From the NCBI RefSeq assembly GCF_003790525.1, contig NZ_CP033633.1: a DNA stretch of 64,000 nucleotides. The stretch is one strand, 5' to 3'. Source of the DNA: Escherichia coli. GTDB taxonomy: Bacteria; Pseudomonadota; Gammaproteobacteria; Enterobacterales; Enterobacteriaceae. The notes beneath the pieces are model-generated. The model was given only the letters and a program-made list of their open reading frames with translations. It was not told the DNA's origin and searched no databases. This document shows positions 1 through 10,443 of this stretch, piece by piece. The position numbers and the translations under genes are program-made. Each line of letters starts with the position of its first letter. The first letter of the stretch is position 1.

Positions 1-333
1 TCCGGGACCAAAATTTGGCTGGTTGCCGGTATCACCGATATGAGAAATGGCTTCAACGGCCTGGCTGCGAAAGTACAGACGGCGCTGAAAGACGATCCCA
101 TGTCCGGCCATGTTTTCATTTTCCGGGGCCGCAGCGGCAGTCAGGTTAAACTGCTGTGGTCCACCGGTGACGGACTGTGCCTCCTGACCAAACGGCTGGA
201 GCGTGGGCGCTTCGCCTGGCCGTCAGCCCGTGATGGCAAAGTGTTCCTTACACAGGCGCAGCTGGCGATGCTGCTGGAAGGTATCGACTGGCGACAGCCT
301 AAGCGGCTGCTGACCTCCCTGACCATGCTGTAA
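1..333 (+). CDS. tnpB: IS66-family accessory protein TnpB (orfB), 5' end beyond window
   Basis: Frame open from base 1; translation about 70 percent identical to the TnpB ORF at 58381-58728. Confidence 0.85.
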   Translation, partial: SGTKIWLVAGITDMRNGFNGLAAKVQTALKDDPMSGHVFIFRGRSGSQVKLLWSTGDGLCLLTKRLERGRFAWPSARDGKVFLTQAQLAMLLEGIDWRQPKRLLTSLTML

Positions 334-382
334 ATCTCTTTATCCTGGTTGTCACAGAATAAGCCCGGTAAAATACGGGCTT

Positions 383-1920
383 ATGAACGACATCTCTTCT
401 GACGACATCTTCCTGCTGAAACAGCGCCTGGCCGAACAGGAAGCGCTGATCCACGCCCTGCAGGAAAAGCTGAGCAACCGTGAGCGCGAAATAGACCATC
501 TGCAGGCGCAGCTGGATAAACTCCGCCGGATGAACTTCGGCAGTCGTTCCGAAAAAGTCTCCCGCCGTATCGCACAAATGGAAGCCGATCTGAACCGGCT
601 TCAGAAAGAGAGCGATACGCTGACTGGTAGGGTGTATGACCCGCAGTACAGCGTCCGTTGCGTCAGACCCGCATCCGTAAGCCGTTCCCTGAATCACTAC
701 CCCGTGACGAAAAGCGACTGTTGCCTGCGGCGCCGTGCTGCCCGAACTGCGGCGGTTCACTGAGCTATCTGGGCGAGGATACCGCCGAACAGCTGGAGTT
801 GATGCGTAGCGCCTTCCGGGTTATCCGGACGGTACGGGAAAAACATGCCTGTACTCAGTGCGATGCCATCGTGCAGGCACCTGCACCTTCGCGGCCCATC
901 GAGCGGGGTATCGCCGGACCGGGGCTGCTGGCCCGCGTGCTGACCTCGAAGTATGCAGAGCACACCCCGCTGTATCGCCAGTCAGAAATATACGGCCGGC
1001 AAGGTGTGGAGCTGAGCCGTTCACTGCTGTCGGGCTGGGTGGATGCATGCTGCCGGCTGCTGTCTCCGCTGGAAGAGGCGCTTCATGGCTATGTCATGAC
1101 TGACGGCAAACTCCATGCCGATGATACCCCGGTCCAGGTACTGATGCCGGGTAATAAGAAGACGAAGACCGGGCGGTTGTGGGCGTATGTTCGTGATGAC
1201 CGCAATGCCGGGTCAGCGTTGGCACCTGCAGTGTGGTTCGCTTACAGCCCGGACAGAAAAGGCATCCATCCGCAGACTCATCTTGCTTGCTTCAGCGGTG
1301 TGCTGCAAGCGGATGCGTACGCCGGGTTCAACGAGCTGTATCGCAATGGTGGGATAACGGAAGCTGCCTGCTGGGCTCATGCCCGCCGAAAGATCCACGA
1401 TGTGCACGTCCGCATCCCGTCAGCACTGACGGAAGAAGCCCTGGAGCAGATCGGTCAGTTGTACGCCATAGAGGCGGATATAAGGGGAATGCCGGCAGAG
1501 CAGCGGCTTGCTGAACGTCAGCGAAAAACGAAACCGCTGTTGAAATCCCTGGAAAGCTGGTTGCGTGAAAAGATGAAGACCCTGTCGCGACACTCAGAGT
1601 TGGCGAAGGCGTTCGCGTACGCACTTAACCAGTGGCCGGCACTGACGTACTATGCGAACGATGGCTGGGTGGAAATCGACAACAACATCGCTGAAAATGC
1701 CCTGCGGGCGGTAAGTCTGGGTCGTAAAAACTTCCTGTTCTTCGGCTCTGGCCATGGTGGTGAGCGGGGAGCGCTACTGTACAGCCTGATAGGGACGTGC
1801 AAACTGAATGACGTGGATCCAGAAAGCTACCTTCGCCATGTGCTTGGCGTCATAGCAGACTGGCCGGTCAACCGGGTCAGCGAACTGCTTCCGTGGCGCA
1901 TAGCACTGCCAGCTGAATAA
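383..1920 (+). pseudogene. tnpC: IS66-family transposase TnpC, split by a frameshift near 640-660
   Basis: ORFs 383-763 and 658-1920 together align to the intact 523-aa TnpC at 56790-58361; frame changes after YDPQY. Confidence 0.8.
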
Positions 1921-2058
1921 CACATCCCCGTCAATACGGCCCTCGCTGTACGCTTACTCTCCTACAAGATTATTTAATGGAATGAAAAATATCTGGCCTG
2001 ATAATAATGTTCCAGAATTAATATCTGCAGGCTATGTTAAGTTGTCCCCACACACAAT

Positions 2059-2334
2059 CTACCTGTTTTCTCGTGTGTGCCACAGGCGCAATACATAAAT
2101 AGTCTGGCCATTAAGTTCGTAACGGATTTCGTACTCGCCAGCAAAAATCCGTCTGACCTCCCTGGGTTCAAACTGAAACAACTGTTCTCCCATACGTGGA
2201 TGAGTTAACAGAATGACCGGTGCCTGTGTCAGGGACTGCACCGTTCTGGCGGCCGCAGGTTTACTGGCCAGCACCAGAAAATCATATAACCGCGCCAAAT
2301 CAGAAAGCGCCTTACTGGTCCACTTCAGTTCCAT
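2059..2334 (-). CDS. RelE/ParE-family toxin
   Basis: 91-aa protein with RelE/ParE-like C-terminus (YVLRLWHTRE); start overlaps the stop of the upstream antitoxin ORF. Confidence 0.7.
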   Translation of the reverse strand: MELKWTSKALSDLARLYDFLVLASKPAAARTVQSLTQAPVILLTHPRMGEQLFQFEPREVRRIFAGEYEIRYELNGQTIYVLRLWHTRENR

Positions 2335-2618
2335 CAGCGTGGCACCGGTAACGGATTGTCAGTACTGAGGCTGTCCGCCCAGGCCTGTACAGCCTGATGG
2401 TCGATAACCTGTCCGGATTTCACATCGTCCAGGGCTTCCAGCGTCAGGCGATTACGCTCCTCCTCCTGGGCAAGCCATGCAGAAAGCGCCTGTTTGATAA
2501 CCCAGCCCCGGGAGCGTTCCAGTCTGGCGGCCATCTGGTCGACTTTATCAGCCATTGGTAATGGCACATGCGCGGTAATGACTTTTGTTGCCTGTGCGGT
2601 ATTGTTTTTCATTTGCAT
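2334..2618 (-). CDS. Ribbon-helix-helix (CopG/ParD-like) antitoxin
   Basis: Small ORF immediately upstream of and overlapping the toxin; RHH-like segment. Confidence 0.6.
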   Translation of the reverse strand: MQMKNNTAQATKVITAHVPLPMADKVDQMAARLERSRGWVIKQALSAWLAQEEERNRLTLEALDDVKSGQVIDHQAVQAWADSLSTDNPLPVPR

Positions 2619-3002
2619 ACCCGATTAGTTGTTAATCATATTTAATCATAGTGATTACTTTCAGACGGAACAAGGCAAATAATGCGCGTCAGCGCATGTA
2701 AGGCGGCACTCCGTTGTTGCATATGGCACAGGAGTAAAACCGCCGAAGCCCGGCGTAAGCCGGTACTGATTGATAGATTTCACCTTACCCATCCCCAGCC
2801 CTGCTAAGCCATACCCGCTTTCAGCCATGAGAGAGCTTCTGTGCGCGGTCGGAGTGGTCCCGACGAGGGTTTACCCGAAGTCGGGACGTATCTCCGCGTT
2901 AGCGGGGTCAGTTTGGAATTCGGAAAATAAACCATGTTAAGACTATTTTTTAGCCAAAGGGCTTTCAGGAATCGCCAGAATGGCGGGGCAACAGTGGTTT
3001 TG

Positions 3003-3100
3003 GTGTCCGAAATCGACCTGTTTCGGACATTGTTAAACAGATATATCCGAAAGTCAGCAAAATTACTTTCGGACATGCATTATAATATGTACACCCATTT
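3003..3100. promoter_or_regulatory. Putative res site (resolvase binding subsites)
   Basis: Imperfect palindromes TGTCCGAAA...TTTCGGACA and TCCGAAAGT...ACTTTCGGA directly upstream of the serine recombinase gene. Confidence 0.4.
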
Positions 3101-3118
3101 CGTACAGAAGATCTCACT

Positions 3119-3709
3119 ATGTCTCGAATTTTTGCCTATTGTCGGGTTTCCACTCTGGAACAGACGACCGAAAATCAACGTCGGGAAATCGAAAGCGCGG
3201 GTTTTAACGTCAGACCCCAACGAATAATAGAAGAACAAATTAGTGGATCAGTAGCAGCCAGTGAACGTCCAGGTTTTAACCGGTTGCTTGATCGTCTGGA
3301 AAGTGGCGATGTATTGATAGTCACAAAACTGGATCGCCTCGGTCGTAATGCAATGGATATCAGGAAAACAGTGGAGCAACTGACCGAATCTGGCATCAGG
3401 GTGCATTGCCTGGCATTAGGTGGTGTTGATCTGACCAGTCCGGCAGGAAAAATGACAATGCAAGTGATTTCAGCGGTCGCTGAATTTGAACGAGATCTTT
3501 TACTTGAACGAACTTATTCAGGGATAGCAAGAGCACGGGATGCAGGAAAACGTTTTGGTCGCCCACCGGTATTAAATGAAGAACAAAAACAGAAGGTACT
3601 CGAACGCATTAAGTCTGGGGCAAGTATAAGTGCTATTGCCAGGGAATTCCGAACCACACGGCAAACAATTCTGAGAGTTAGAGCGAAACAGCAAACTGTT
3701 ACTGTATAG
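3119..3709 (+). CDS. Serine recombinase (resolvase/invertase family)
   Basis: 196 aa; N-terminal catalytic motif YCRVST and C-terminal HTH; typical resolvase length. Confidence 0.85.
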   Translation: MSRIFAYCRVSTLEQTTENQRREIESAGFNVRPQRIIEEQISGSVAASERPGFNRLLDRLESGDVLIVTKLDRLGRNAMDIRKTVEQLTESGIRVHCLALGGVDLTSPAGKMTMQVISAVAEFERDLLLERTYSGIARARDAGKRFGRPPVLNEEQKQKVLERIKSGASISAIAREFRTTRQTILRVRAKQQTVTV

Positions 3710-3722
3710 AAAATAGTCTTAG

Positions 3723-3951
3723 CGTGGGATATTTTCCGTTTTCCAAGCGGACCCCAAGGAAGACTACATCGCGTTCATGCCGAAACCGAATGTAAGAACG
3801 GCATTGCATAATCTTGCAGTGGCGATCGAACATTACAATGAAAACCATCCGCACAGTGCGTTGGGTTATCGCTCTCCGCGAGAATATCGACGTCAGCGGG
3901 TAACATTAACTTAAGATACAACCCCTGTCTGGAAATAAGGGGGCAAGAACA
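3723..3951 (+). pseudogene. IS2-like (IS3 family) transposase C-terminal remnant with right inverted repeat
   Basis: Translation [11 protein letters not shown]...[14 protein letters not shown] matches the C-terminus of IS2 OrfB at 53952-54857; TGTCTGGAAATAAGGGGGCAAGAACA resembles the IS2 right end. Confidence 0.6.
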
Positions 3952-4063
3952 CATTGACACTGTAAATATGGCATTGTATAAAATCCCGCGACGATAATGA
4001 GTTTCATTTGCATTACTCCCATTTGCTGGTCATCCACTCGCCTGTTTACAAGGATAGCGTTTA

Positions 4064-5062
4064 ATGAAGAAGGTCCTTTGCGCGTTAGGCTTGATGTTCA
4101 CCGCCGTCAGTTCCGCGCTGGCAACAACCTACCCCCTGACGATTGAAAACTGCGGCTATCAGGAGACCTTCACCCGGCCGCCGGAGCGCGTGGTCGCGCT
4201 GGGGCAAAATACGGTCGAAATTCTGCTGCTGCTCGGGCTGCAAAAGCAGGTGGTCGCCAGCGCCTTCTGGCCGACCAACGTTTTACCGCAGCTGGCTGAG
4301 CAAAACGCGAAGATTAAAACCTTGACGGTGGAAATTCCGAGCCTGGAATCGGTGCTGGCGCAAAATCCTGATTTCGTTCCCGCCCAGTTGCCGCTGCTGC
4401 TGGGGCCGGAAAGCAAAGTCGCCAGGCGTGAAGATCTCGCCACCGTCGGCGTGAACAGCTACGTCTCACCGGGGGTGTGCGCCACCAAAAAGGCCACCGG
4501 CGATATGTACGGCAGCCGGCAAAAGCTGTGGGATATGACCTGGCTGTATCAGGAAATTAGCGATTTTTCCCGCATTTTCAACGTCGAAGATCGTGGTCAG
4601 GCGCTGATTGCCGATTTCAAAAAACGTGAAGCCGACCTGCGCCAGGAGTTTGGTAAAAGCAAAAAGGATCTCTCCTTCGTCTTCTGGTTCTCCAGCGCCT
4701 CACCTTCGGCCGATGCCTATGTCGGCGGCAAAAACAGCGCCTCCGGATTTATCGCCAGCGTGCTGGGCGGACATAATGCGATTACCTCCGAAACCGAGTG
4801 GCCCACGGTGAGCTGGGAGAGCATTATTGCCGCCAACCCGGATGTGATCGTGGTCGCCAGCCTGGATCGTAACCGCTGGGCGCTGGATAAAGCCGAGGAG
4901 AAGATCAAATTCCTCAAAAGCGATCCCGCCGTCAGCCAGCTGGAGGCGGTGAAAAAAGGCCATATCGTGGTCATGGACGGTCAGGCGATGAATCCGACCA
5001 TTCGCACGCTTTACGGCGCGGAGCAGGTGGGCGAGCAGCTGAGAAAAATGGGGCTGAACTGA
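4064..5062 (+). CDS. ABC transporter periplasmic substrate-binding protein (FecB/FhuD-like, iron-siderophore type)
   Basis: 332 aa with N-terminal signal peptide; first gene of an SBP-permease-ATPase cluster. Confidence 0.7.
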   Translation: MKKVLCALGLMFTAVSSALATTYPLTIENCGYQETFTRPPERVVALGQNTVEILLLLGLQKQVVASAFWPTNVLPQLAEQNAKIKTLTVEIPSLESVLAQNPDFVPAQLPLLLGPESKVARREDLATVGVNSYVSPGVCATKKATGDMYGSRQKLWDMTWLYQEISDFSRIFNVEDRGQALIADFKKREADLRQEFGKSKKDLSFVFWFSSASPSADAYVGGKNSASGFIASVLGGHNAITSETEWPTVSWESIIAANPDVIVVASLDRNRWALDKAEEKIKFLKSDPAVSQLEAVKKGHIVVMDGQAMNPTIRTLYGAEQVGEQLRKMGLN

Positions 5063-6099
5063 TGAGCGTCGGCGCGATTGAGACGTGCCGCAGCATACTG
5101 CTCACCGGCTGGTGTGTACTGGCAGCGATCGTGCTGGCGCTGGTGATCGCTGTGGGCGTCAGCGTTGGCGAGCTGGCCATCCCGCTGCAGAATGTCTTTT
5201 ATGCTATCAGCAACAGAACCGGCTTAACCGCTGAGCCGCTCAACCATATCTATGAGAGCGTTATCTGGGATTTCCGCCTCAGCCGCGCGCTGGTCGCCGC
5301 CTGCTGCGGCGCCGGCCTCGCTATCTGCGGTGTCGTGCTGCAAAGCTTGCTGAAGAATGCCCTCGCCGAACCCTACGTCCTCGGCGTCTCCGCCGGGGCC
5401 TCCACCGGCGCGGTGTCGATCGTGGTGCTGGGCCTTGGCTCTGGCGCAATTTCCCTCTCGGCAGGCGCCTTTGCCGGGGCCTTCGCCGCCTTCGCCTTTG
5501 TCGCCTTGCTGACTAACGGCGCGCGCGGCGGCAATGAGCGTACGATTCTTGCGGGCGTCGCCGCCTCGCAGTTATTTAACGCCATCACGGCCTATACCAT
5601 CAGCACCACCGCCAGCGCGCAGCAGGCGCGCGATGTGATGTTCTGGCTGCTGGGCAGCTTCAGCGGCGTCCGCTGGCCCGAATTCCAGTTGGTCATCGTG
5701 GTGGTGCTCGCGGGTCTGGCGGTCTGCCTGTGGTATGCCCGGGCGCTGGACGCGTTCACCTTCGGCGACGATGCCGCCGCCTCGCTGGGGATTGCTGTGC
5801 CGCGCGTGCGCCTGATCCTCTTCACCACTGCGGCGCTGATCACCGCCACCATCGTCAGCATGGCCGGCTCAATCGGCTTTGTTGGCCTGGTGGTGCCGCA
5901 CGTGATGCGTTTCTTCTTTGGCCCGCTGCACCGAACGTTGCTGATCGCCAGCGCGCTGGCAGGGGCGATATTGATGGTACTGGCGGACATTGCGTCGCGC
6001 CTGCTGATTGCCCCGCAAAGTCTGCCCGTTGGGGTAGTAACCGCCCTGGTTGGGGTGCCTTTCTTTGCCGTGATTATCTACCGCTCAAGGAATAAGTGA
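5062..6099 (+). CDS. ABC transporter permease (FecCD family)
   Basis: 345 aa, hydrophobic multi-helix protein; start overlaps the SBP stop. Confidence 0.8.
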   Translation: MSVGAIETCRSILLTGWCVLAAIVLALVIAVGVSVGELAIPLQNVFYAISNRTGLTAEPLNHIYESVIWDFRLSRALVAACCGAGLAICGVVLQSLLKNALAEPYVLGVSAGASTGAVSIVVLGLGSGAISLSAGAFAGAFAAFAFVALLTNGARGGNERTILAGVAASQLFNAITAYTISTTASAQQARDVMFWLLGSFSGVRWPEFQLVIVVVLAGLAVCLWYARALDAFTFGDDAAASLGIAVPRVRLILFTTAALITATIVSMAGSIGFVGLVVPHVMRFFFGPLHRTLLIASALAGAILMVLADIASRLLIAPQSLPVGVVTALVGVPFFAVIIYRSRNK

Positions 6100-6860
6100 T
6101 GAGTATTTGCGCTGAAAATATCACCTGGAAGGCAGGCAAAAAGGTCATCGTCAATAATGTCTCGCTGCGGGTGCCGCGCGGAGAAACGGTCGGACTGCTG
6201 GGGCCCAACGGCTGCGGCAAATCCTCGCTGCTGCGCGTTCTGGCGGGCCTGCGCCGCCCGGATGCAGGTCGCGTCACCCTCGACGGCCAGGATATCGCCC
6301 GGATGGCGAAAAAGCAGCTCGCCCGCCGCGTGGCTTGCGTCGAGCAACACGGCATGACCGAGGCCAATATGCGGGTGCGCGACGTCGTGCGCCTGGGACG
6401 CATTCCCCACCACTCTCCGTTCTCAAACTGGAGCGCTCAGGATGACGAAGCGATTGCCGCCGCGCTGCAGCGGGTAGCGATGCTGGAGAAAAGCGAACAG
6501 GGATGGTTAAGCCTCTCCGGCGGCGAGCGGCAGCGGGTGCATATCGCCCGCGCGCTGGCGCAGAGCCCGAGCGAAATCCTGCTGGATGAGCCGACCAACC
6601 ATCTGGATATACACCATCAGATGCAGTTAATGCAGTTGATCAGCGAGCTGCCGGTAACCAGCATTGTGGCCATTCACGATCTTAACCATGCCGCGATGTT
6701 CTGCGATTCGCTGATCGTGATGCAGCAGGGGCAGATCCTCGCCAGCGGGACGCCGGAGGAGATTTTGTCCGAAGCGCTGCTGTGGGACGTTTTCCGGGTG
6801 AAAACCAAAATCGAGATCTCCCCTTACCACGGCAAAAAGCACATTCATTTCATCGTTTAG
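6096..6860 (+). CDS. ABC transporter ATP-binding protein
   Basis: Walker A GPNGCGKSS, signature LSGGERQR, Walker B ILLLDEP. Confidence 0.85.
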   Translation: MMSICAENITWKAGKKVIVNNVSLRVPRGETVGLLGPNGCGKSSLLRVLAGLRRPDAGRVTLDGQDIARMAKKQLARRVACVEQHGMTEANMRVRDVVRLGRIPHHSPFSNWSAQDDEAIAAALQRVAMLEKSEQGWLSLSGGERQRVHIARALAQSPSEILLDEPTNHLDIHHQMQLMQLISELPVTSIVAIHDLNHAAMFCDSLIVMQQGQILASGTPEEILSEALLWDVFRVKTKIEISPYHGKKHIHFIV

Positions 6861-6871
6861 GTTGGGCGGAT

Positions 6872-8104
6872 ATGCCTCTTTTCTCCCTGCGCCCTGCGGC
6901 AACCCTCTGGCCTCCGGTGTTACTGGGAAGCCAGTTCGTTTTTAATATTGGCTTTTACGCGGTCGTACCTTTCCTCGCCCTCTTCCTGCGCGACGACATG
7001 CTGCTCTCAGGCGGACTTATCGGCCTGATCCTCGGGCTGCGTACCTTCTCCCAACAGGGGATGTTTATCCTCGGCGGGACGCTGGCCGACCGCTATGGCG
7101 CTAAGGCGATCATTCTCGCCGGCTGCGTCGTTCGCGTCGCCGGTTTTCTCCTGCTGGCGTGCGGGGCGTCGCTGTGGCCCATTATCCTTGGCGCCTGCCT
7201 GACCGGCGTCGGCGGCGCCCTGTTCTCCCCGTCGATAGAGGCCCTGCTGGCGCGGGCCGGTACCCACAGCCAGGCCAACGGGAAACGCAGCCGCGCCGAG
7301 TGGTTTGCGCTGTTTGCGGTATGCGGTGAACTGGGAGCGGTGATCGGCCCGGTGGCCGGAGGCGTGCTGAGCGGGATCGGCTTTCGACATATCGCCCTCG
7401 CCGGCGCGGGAATATTTCTTCTGGCGCTGGCGGTGCTCTTTTTCGGTCTGCCCGCCGACGGGCACACGACAACAACGCGCAGACGAGTCCCATGGTGGAC
7501 GCCTTTGCGCCAGCCGCGCTTTGTCGCGTTTATTCTCGCCTACAGCTCATGGCTGTTGAGCTACAACCAACTCTACCTCGCTCTGCCGGTGGAGATCCAA
7601 CGTTCCGGCGGCCGCGAGCAGGATCTGGCGCCGCTCTTTATGCTGGCCTCGCTGTTGATTATCACCCTCCAGCTCCCTCTCGCCCGCTTCGCCCGGCGAA
7701 TGGGCGCCGTGCGCATCCTGCCGGTGGGCTTTCTGCTGCTGTCGGCTTCCTTTGCCAGCGTGGCGTTATTCGCCGCCGCCCCACCCGCCGAAAGTTGGCT
7801 GCGGTTAATGCCGGCGGCTAGTTTTGTCACGCTGCTCACCCTCGGCCAGATGCTGTTAGTGCCCGCAGCCAAGGATCTGATCCCGCTGTTCGCCGAGGAG
7901 TCGACGCTGGGCGCCCACTACGGAGCGCTCGCCACCGCAGGAGGGTGCGCGGTGTTAGCCGGGAATTTACTGCTCGGTCATTTACTTGACCAGGCGCTCA
8001 TTCCGTCGCCGCAGGCGGTTTATCCCTGGCTTCTGCTGGCGCTGTTTCCGCTGTGCAGCGCCGTCGCCCTGCGGGCGATCTGTCGCCCGCTGGCGGCAAC
8101 ATGA
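6872..8104 (+). CDS. MFS-family transporter
   Basis: About 410 aa, highly hydrophobic; start chosen at the internal ATG 6872 rather than the ORF-track start 6782, which overlaps the ATPase gene. Confidence 0.65.
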   Translation: MPLFSLRPAATLWPPVLLGSQFVFNIGFYAVVPFLALFLRDDMLLSGGLIGLILGLRTFSQQGMFILGGTLADRYGAKAIILAGCVVRVAGFLLLACGASLWPIILGACLTGVGGALFSPSIEALLARAGTHSQANGKRSRAEWFALFAVCGELGAVIGPVAGGVLSGIGFRHIALAGAGIFLLALAVLFFGLPADGHTTTTRRRVPWWTPLRQPRFVAFILAYSSWLLSYNQLYLALPVEIQRSGGREQDLAPLFMLASLLIITLQLPLARFARRMGAVRILPVGFLLLSASFASVALFAAAPPAESWLRLMPAASFVTLLTLGQMLLVPAAKDLIPLFAEESTLGAHYGALATAGGCAVLAGNLLLGHLLDQALIPSPQAVYPWLLLALFPLCSAVALRAICRPLAAT

Positions 8105-8106
8105 CG

Positions 8107-8130
8107 CAGAGCGGGTAACAGCCCGCTCTG
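8107..8130. terminator. Hairpin downstream of the MFS gene
   Basis: CAGAGCGGG-TAACAG-CCCGCTCTG perfect 9-bp stem; no clear T-run. Confidence 0.35.
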
Positions 8131-8181
8131 GAAGTGAACAGCTGGTATCCATATTTTCAGCTAATCCTTTAACAAAGATCC

Positions 8182-8357
8182 TCAGCCCTGTTTAAACCCC
8201 GGCTTGCCGTTTTTGGCTCGCCATTCCTTCACTTCTTTTACGATACCTTCAGGACTGTCCTCACGGTCATCCCTTGGATAATAAATAAGATCAGAACCAT
8301 CAGGGTGTTCAGCTAATCGACGAAATTCATCCACTAATTTATCGTCATCAGCCTCAG
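8182..8357 (-). pseudogene. Colicin DNase-type immunity protein (Im-family) C-terminal fragment, truncated by IS1
   Basis: Minus-strand translation [57 protein letters not shown] matches the conserved C-terminus of E-group colicin immunity proteins; reading frame runs into the IS1 left end. Confidence 0.6.
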
Positions 8358-8412
8358 GGTGATGCTGCCAACTTACTGATTTAGTATATGATGGTGTTTT
8401 TGAGGTGCTCCA

Positions 8413-8688
8413 GTGGCTTCTGTTTCTATCAGCTGTCCCTCCTGTTCAGCTACTGACGGGGTGGTGCGTAACGGCAAAAGCACCGCCGGACATCAGCGCT
8501 ATCTCTGCTCTCACTGCCGTAAAACATGGCAACTGCAGTTCACTTACACCGCTTCTCAACCCGGTACGCACCAGAAAATCATTGATATGGCCATGAATGG
8601 CGTTGGATGCCGGGCAACAGCCCGCATTATGGGCGTTGGCCTCAACACGATTTTACGTCACTTAAAAAACTCAGGCCGCAGTCGGTAA
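8413..8688 (+). CDS. insA: IS1 InsA
   Basis: 91-aa zinc-finger/HTH protein, canonical IS1 InsA sequence. Confidence 0.9.
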
Positions 8689-9110
8689 CCTCGCGCATAC
8701 AGCCGGGCAGTGACGTCATCGTCTGTGCGGAAATGGACGAACAGTGGGGCTATGTCGGGGCTAAATCGCGCCAGCGCTGGCTGTTTTACGCGTATGACAG
8801 GCTCCGGAAGACGGTTGTTGCGCACGTATTCGGTGAACGCACGATGGCGACGCTGGGGCGTCTTATGAGCCTGCTGTCACCCTTTGACGTGGTGATATGG
8901 ATGACGGATGGCTGGCCGCTGTATGAATCCCGCCTGAAGGGAAAGCTGCACGTAATCAGCAAGCGATATACGCAGCGAATTGAGCGGCATAACCTGAATC
9001 TGAGGCAGCACCTGGCACGGCTGGGACGGAAGTCGCTGTCGTTCTCAAAATCGGTGGAGCTGCATGACAAAGTCATCGGGCATTATCTGAACATAAAACA
9101 CTATCAATAA
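8607..9110 (+). CDS. insB: IS1 InsB reading frame (InsAB' by frameshift)
   Basis: 167-aa canonical IS1 InsB. Confidence 0.9.
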
Positions 9111-9125
9111 GTTGGAGTCATTACC

Positions 9126-9320
9126 CGAACTAAAGAGGGGATGGCTGTTGCCCGTTCAAAGGGAAAATTGAAAGGAAAACAGCCTAAATTATCTGAAAAA
9201 CAACAAAAAGAACTATGCCGTATGCGTGATACTGGCCAGTACTCTATCAGCGATCTAGCGGAACTATTTACCGTCTCGCGTGCAACGGTTTATCGAACAC
9301 TTTCACGAGGACAAAAATGA
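9126..9320 (+). pseudogene. Serine recombinase C-terminal (HTH) fragment, truncated by IS1
   Basis: Frame open from the IS1 boundary; ...KEGMAVARSKGKLKGKQPKLSEKQQKEL...VSRATVYRTL resembles a resolvase C-terminus. Confidence 0.6.
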
Positions 9321-9579
9321 CCGATTTAACTACACAGCAACATCTAGTAAAAATTGTCCATGATTATGCCTGCCCTCAAAAGGGTCATGGACAGTCCATC
9401 AAAGGTTCAAATGGATTACATCTGCATTCAATACCCAGATTACTTCCGCTTTGCTAAATGGATAGAACGGTTGGCGTAGGGTATTGTTGATGGTGTAATT
9501 AAAGTTCCTAAAGATCATTAAAATATCAGATCGGAAATTTAGGCGGTTCCGGCGTAGAACCCAGAACCCCTTATCCGAA

Positions 9580-10443
9580 TTATTGTTCAGTTAACTTCAT
9601 TTCGACAAGTAAAGGTAAATGATCTGAGACAGATGCATATGGCTTACTTTCAGGGGTCGCTCTATCTGACGGTTTAGGAATATATACATCTTTAATGTCC
9701 CATTTTTGAGCATTTGATGTAAGTATATAATCAATTTTCCTGTCTGGATTCCATGATGGTGCCGTGTACTTCAATTCCTTATCAGTGTCATTGAACCATG
9801 CTGTTAAATCCAAGTACTCTGTTGATTGAGGTGGTAAATTAAGATCACCCACTATAATTGGAAGTGCATTTTTAAACTGCCAAGAAGAGAATTCTGTTTG
9901 AAGAGTTCTTACTTGCTCTGCTCGTAATGGCTGCGTAGTGAAGTCCAAATGAGTAGTTACTAACATAACAGGCGCAGGATAATTAGGGACATCAACTTCT
10001 ACAGCACAGGCCGCTCTTTGCTCCGCACCTTTGATGTTAGGTAGTTCCATCCTTTTACTCAATTTCAAATCATACTTAGACAGTACTGCTGTACCATATT
10101 CCCCACCATCATGATCTATAGCCTTGCAGAAGTAATAATTCATTCCCAACTTATTAGCTATATACTCTGCTTGATTGACTGGGTTAGAACCCTCTTTACT
10201 AAAGTTCTTACCAGAACGCCCAGTCATGTTATCAACTTCTTGCAGTCCAATAATATCAACATTCATTTTACGAATTGCTTCTACAATGGCATCAGTACTC
10301 CCCATTCTAGAGGCCATTATGTTATATGACCCAACACGAATACTATCGGTATCTGCTGGACCATCCATGAGGCGATCAGAAGCTAAAGTTGAAGAGGAAA
10401 GAACTATAAACCCTATAACCGCAGCAATGCTTGTTAATTTCAT
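9580..10443 (-). CDS. Secreted endonuclease/exonuclease/phosphatase (EEP, DNase I-like) family protein
   Basis: 287 aa, N-terminal signal peptide, EEP-like motifs (GLQEV near N-terminus, SDHLPL near C-terminus); low-GC gene between inverted IS1 copies. Confidence 0.6.
   Translation of the reverse strand: MKLTSIAAVIGFIVLSSSTLASDRLMDGPADTDSIRVGSYNIMASRMGSTDAIVEAIRKMNVDIIGLQEVDNMTGRSGKNFSKEGSNPVNQAEYIANKLGMNYYFCKAIDHDGGEYGTAVLSKYDLKLSKRMELPNIKGAEQRAACAVEVDVPNYPAPVMLVTTHLDFTTQPLRAEQVRTLQTEFSSWQFKNALPIIVGDLNLPPQSTEYLDLTAWFNDTDKELKYTAPSWNPDRKIDYILTSNAQKWDIKDVYIPKPSDRATPESKPYASVSDHLPLLVEMKLTEQ

Larger units (their letters stand above)
1..1957 (+). mobile_element. IS66-family insertion sequence, copy A (left part outside window)
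   Basis: tnpB-like then tnpC-like ORFs; terminal CGCTTAC (reverse GTAAGCG) at 1951-1957, about 37 bp after the tnpC stop, mirroring the end structure of IS66 copy B. Confidence 0.7.
8358..9125 (+). mobile_element. IS1 copy A (768 bp)
   Basis: Ends GGTGATGCTGCCAACTTACTGAT ... GTCATTACC; insA and insB present; no 9-bp target duplication. Confidence 0.9.

Noticed and set aside
383-1920. Programmed ribosomal frameshift in IS66 copy A tnpC
   Set aside because: The intact IS66 copy B encodes TnpC as one uninterrupted ORF and no slippery heptamer is evident at the shift point; a mutational frameshift or sequencing error is more likely.
6782-6871. ORF-track start of the MFS transporter at 6782
   Set aside because: It overlaps the last 80 bp of the ABC ATPase gene in another frame; the internal ATG at 6872 gives a typical hydrophobic MFS N-terminus.
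8786-9076. Antisense 96-aa ORFs inside each IS1 copy (8786-9076, 10659-10949, 20484-20774)
   Set aside because: They are entirely antisense to insB and identical in every copy as a by-product of IS1 sequence; no independent support.
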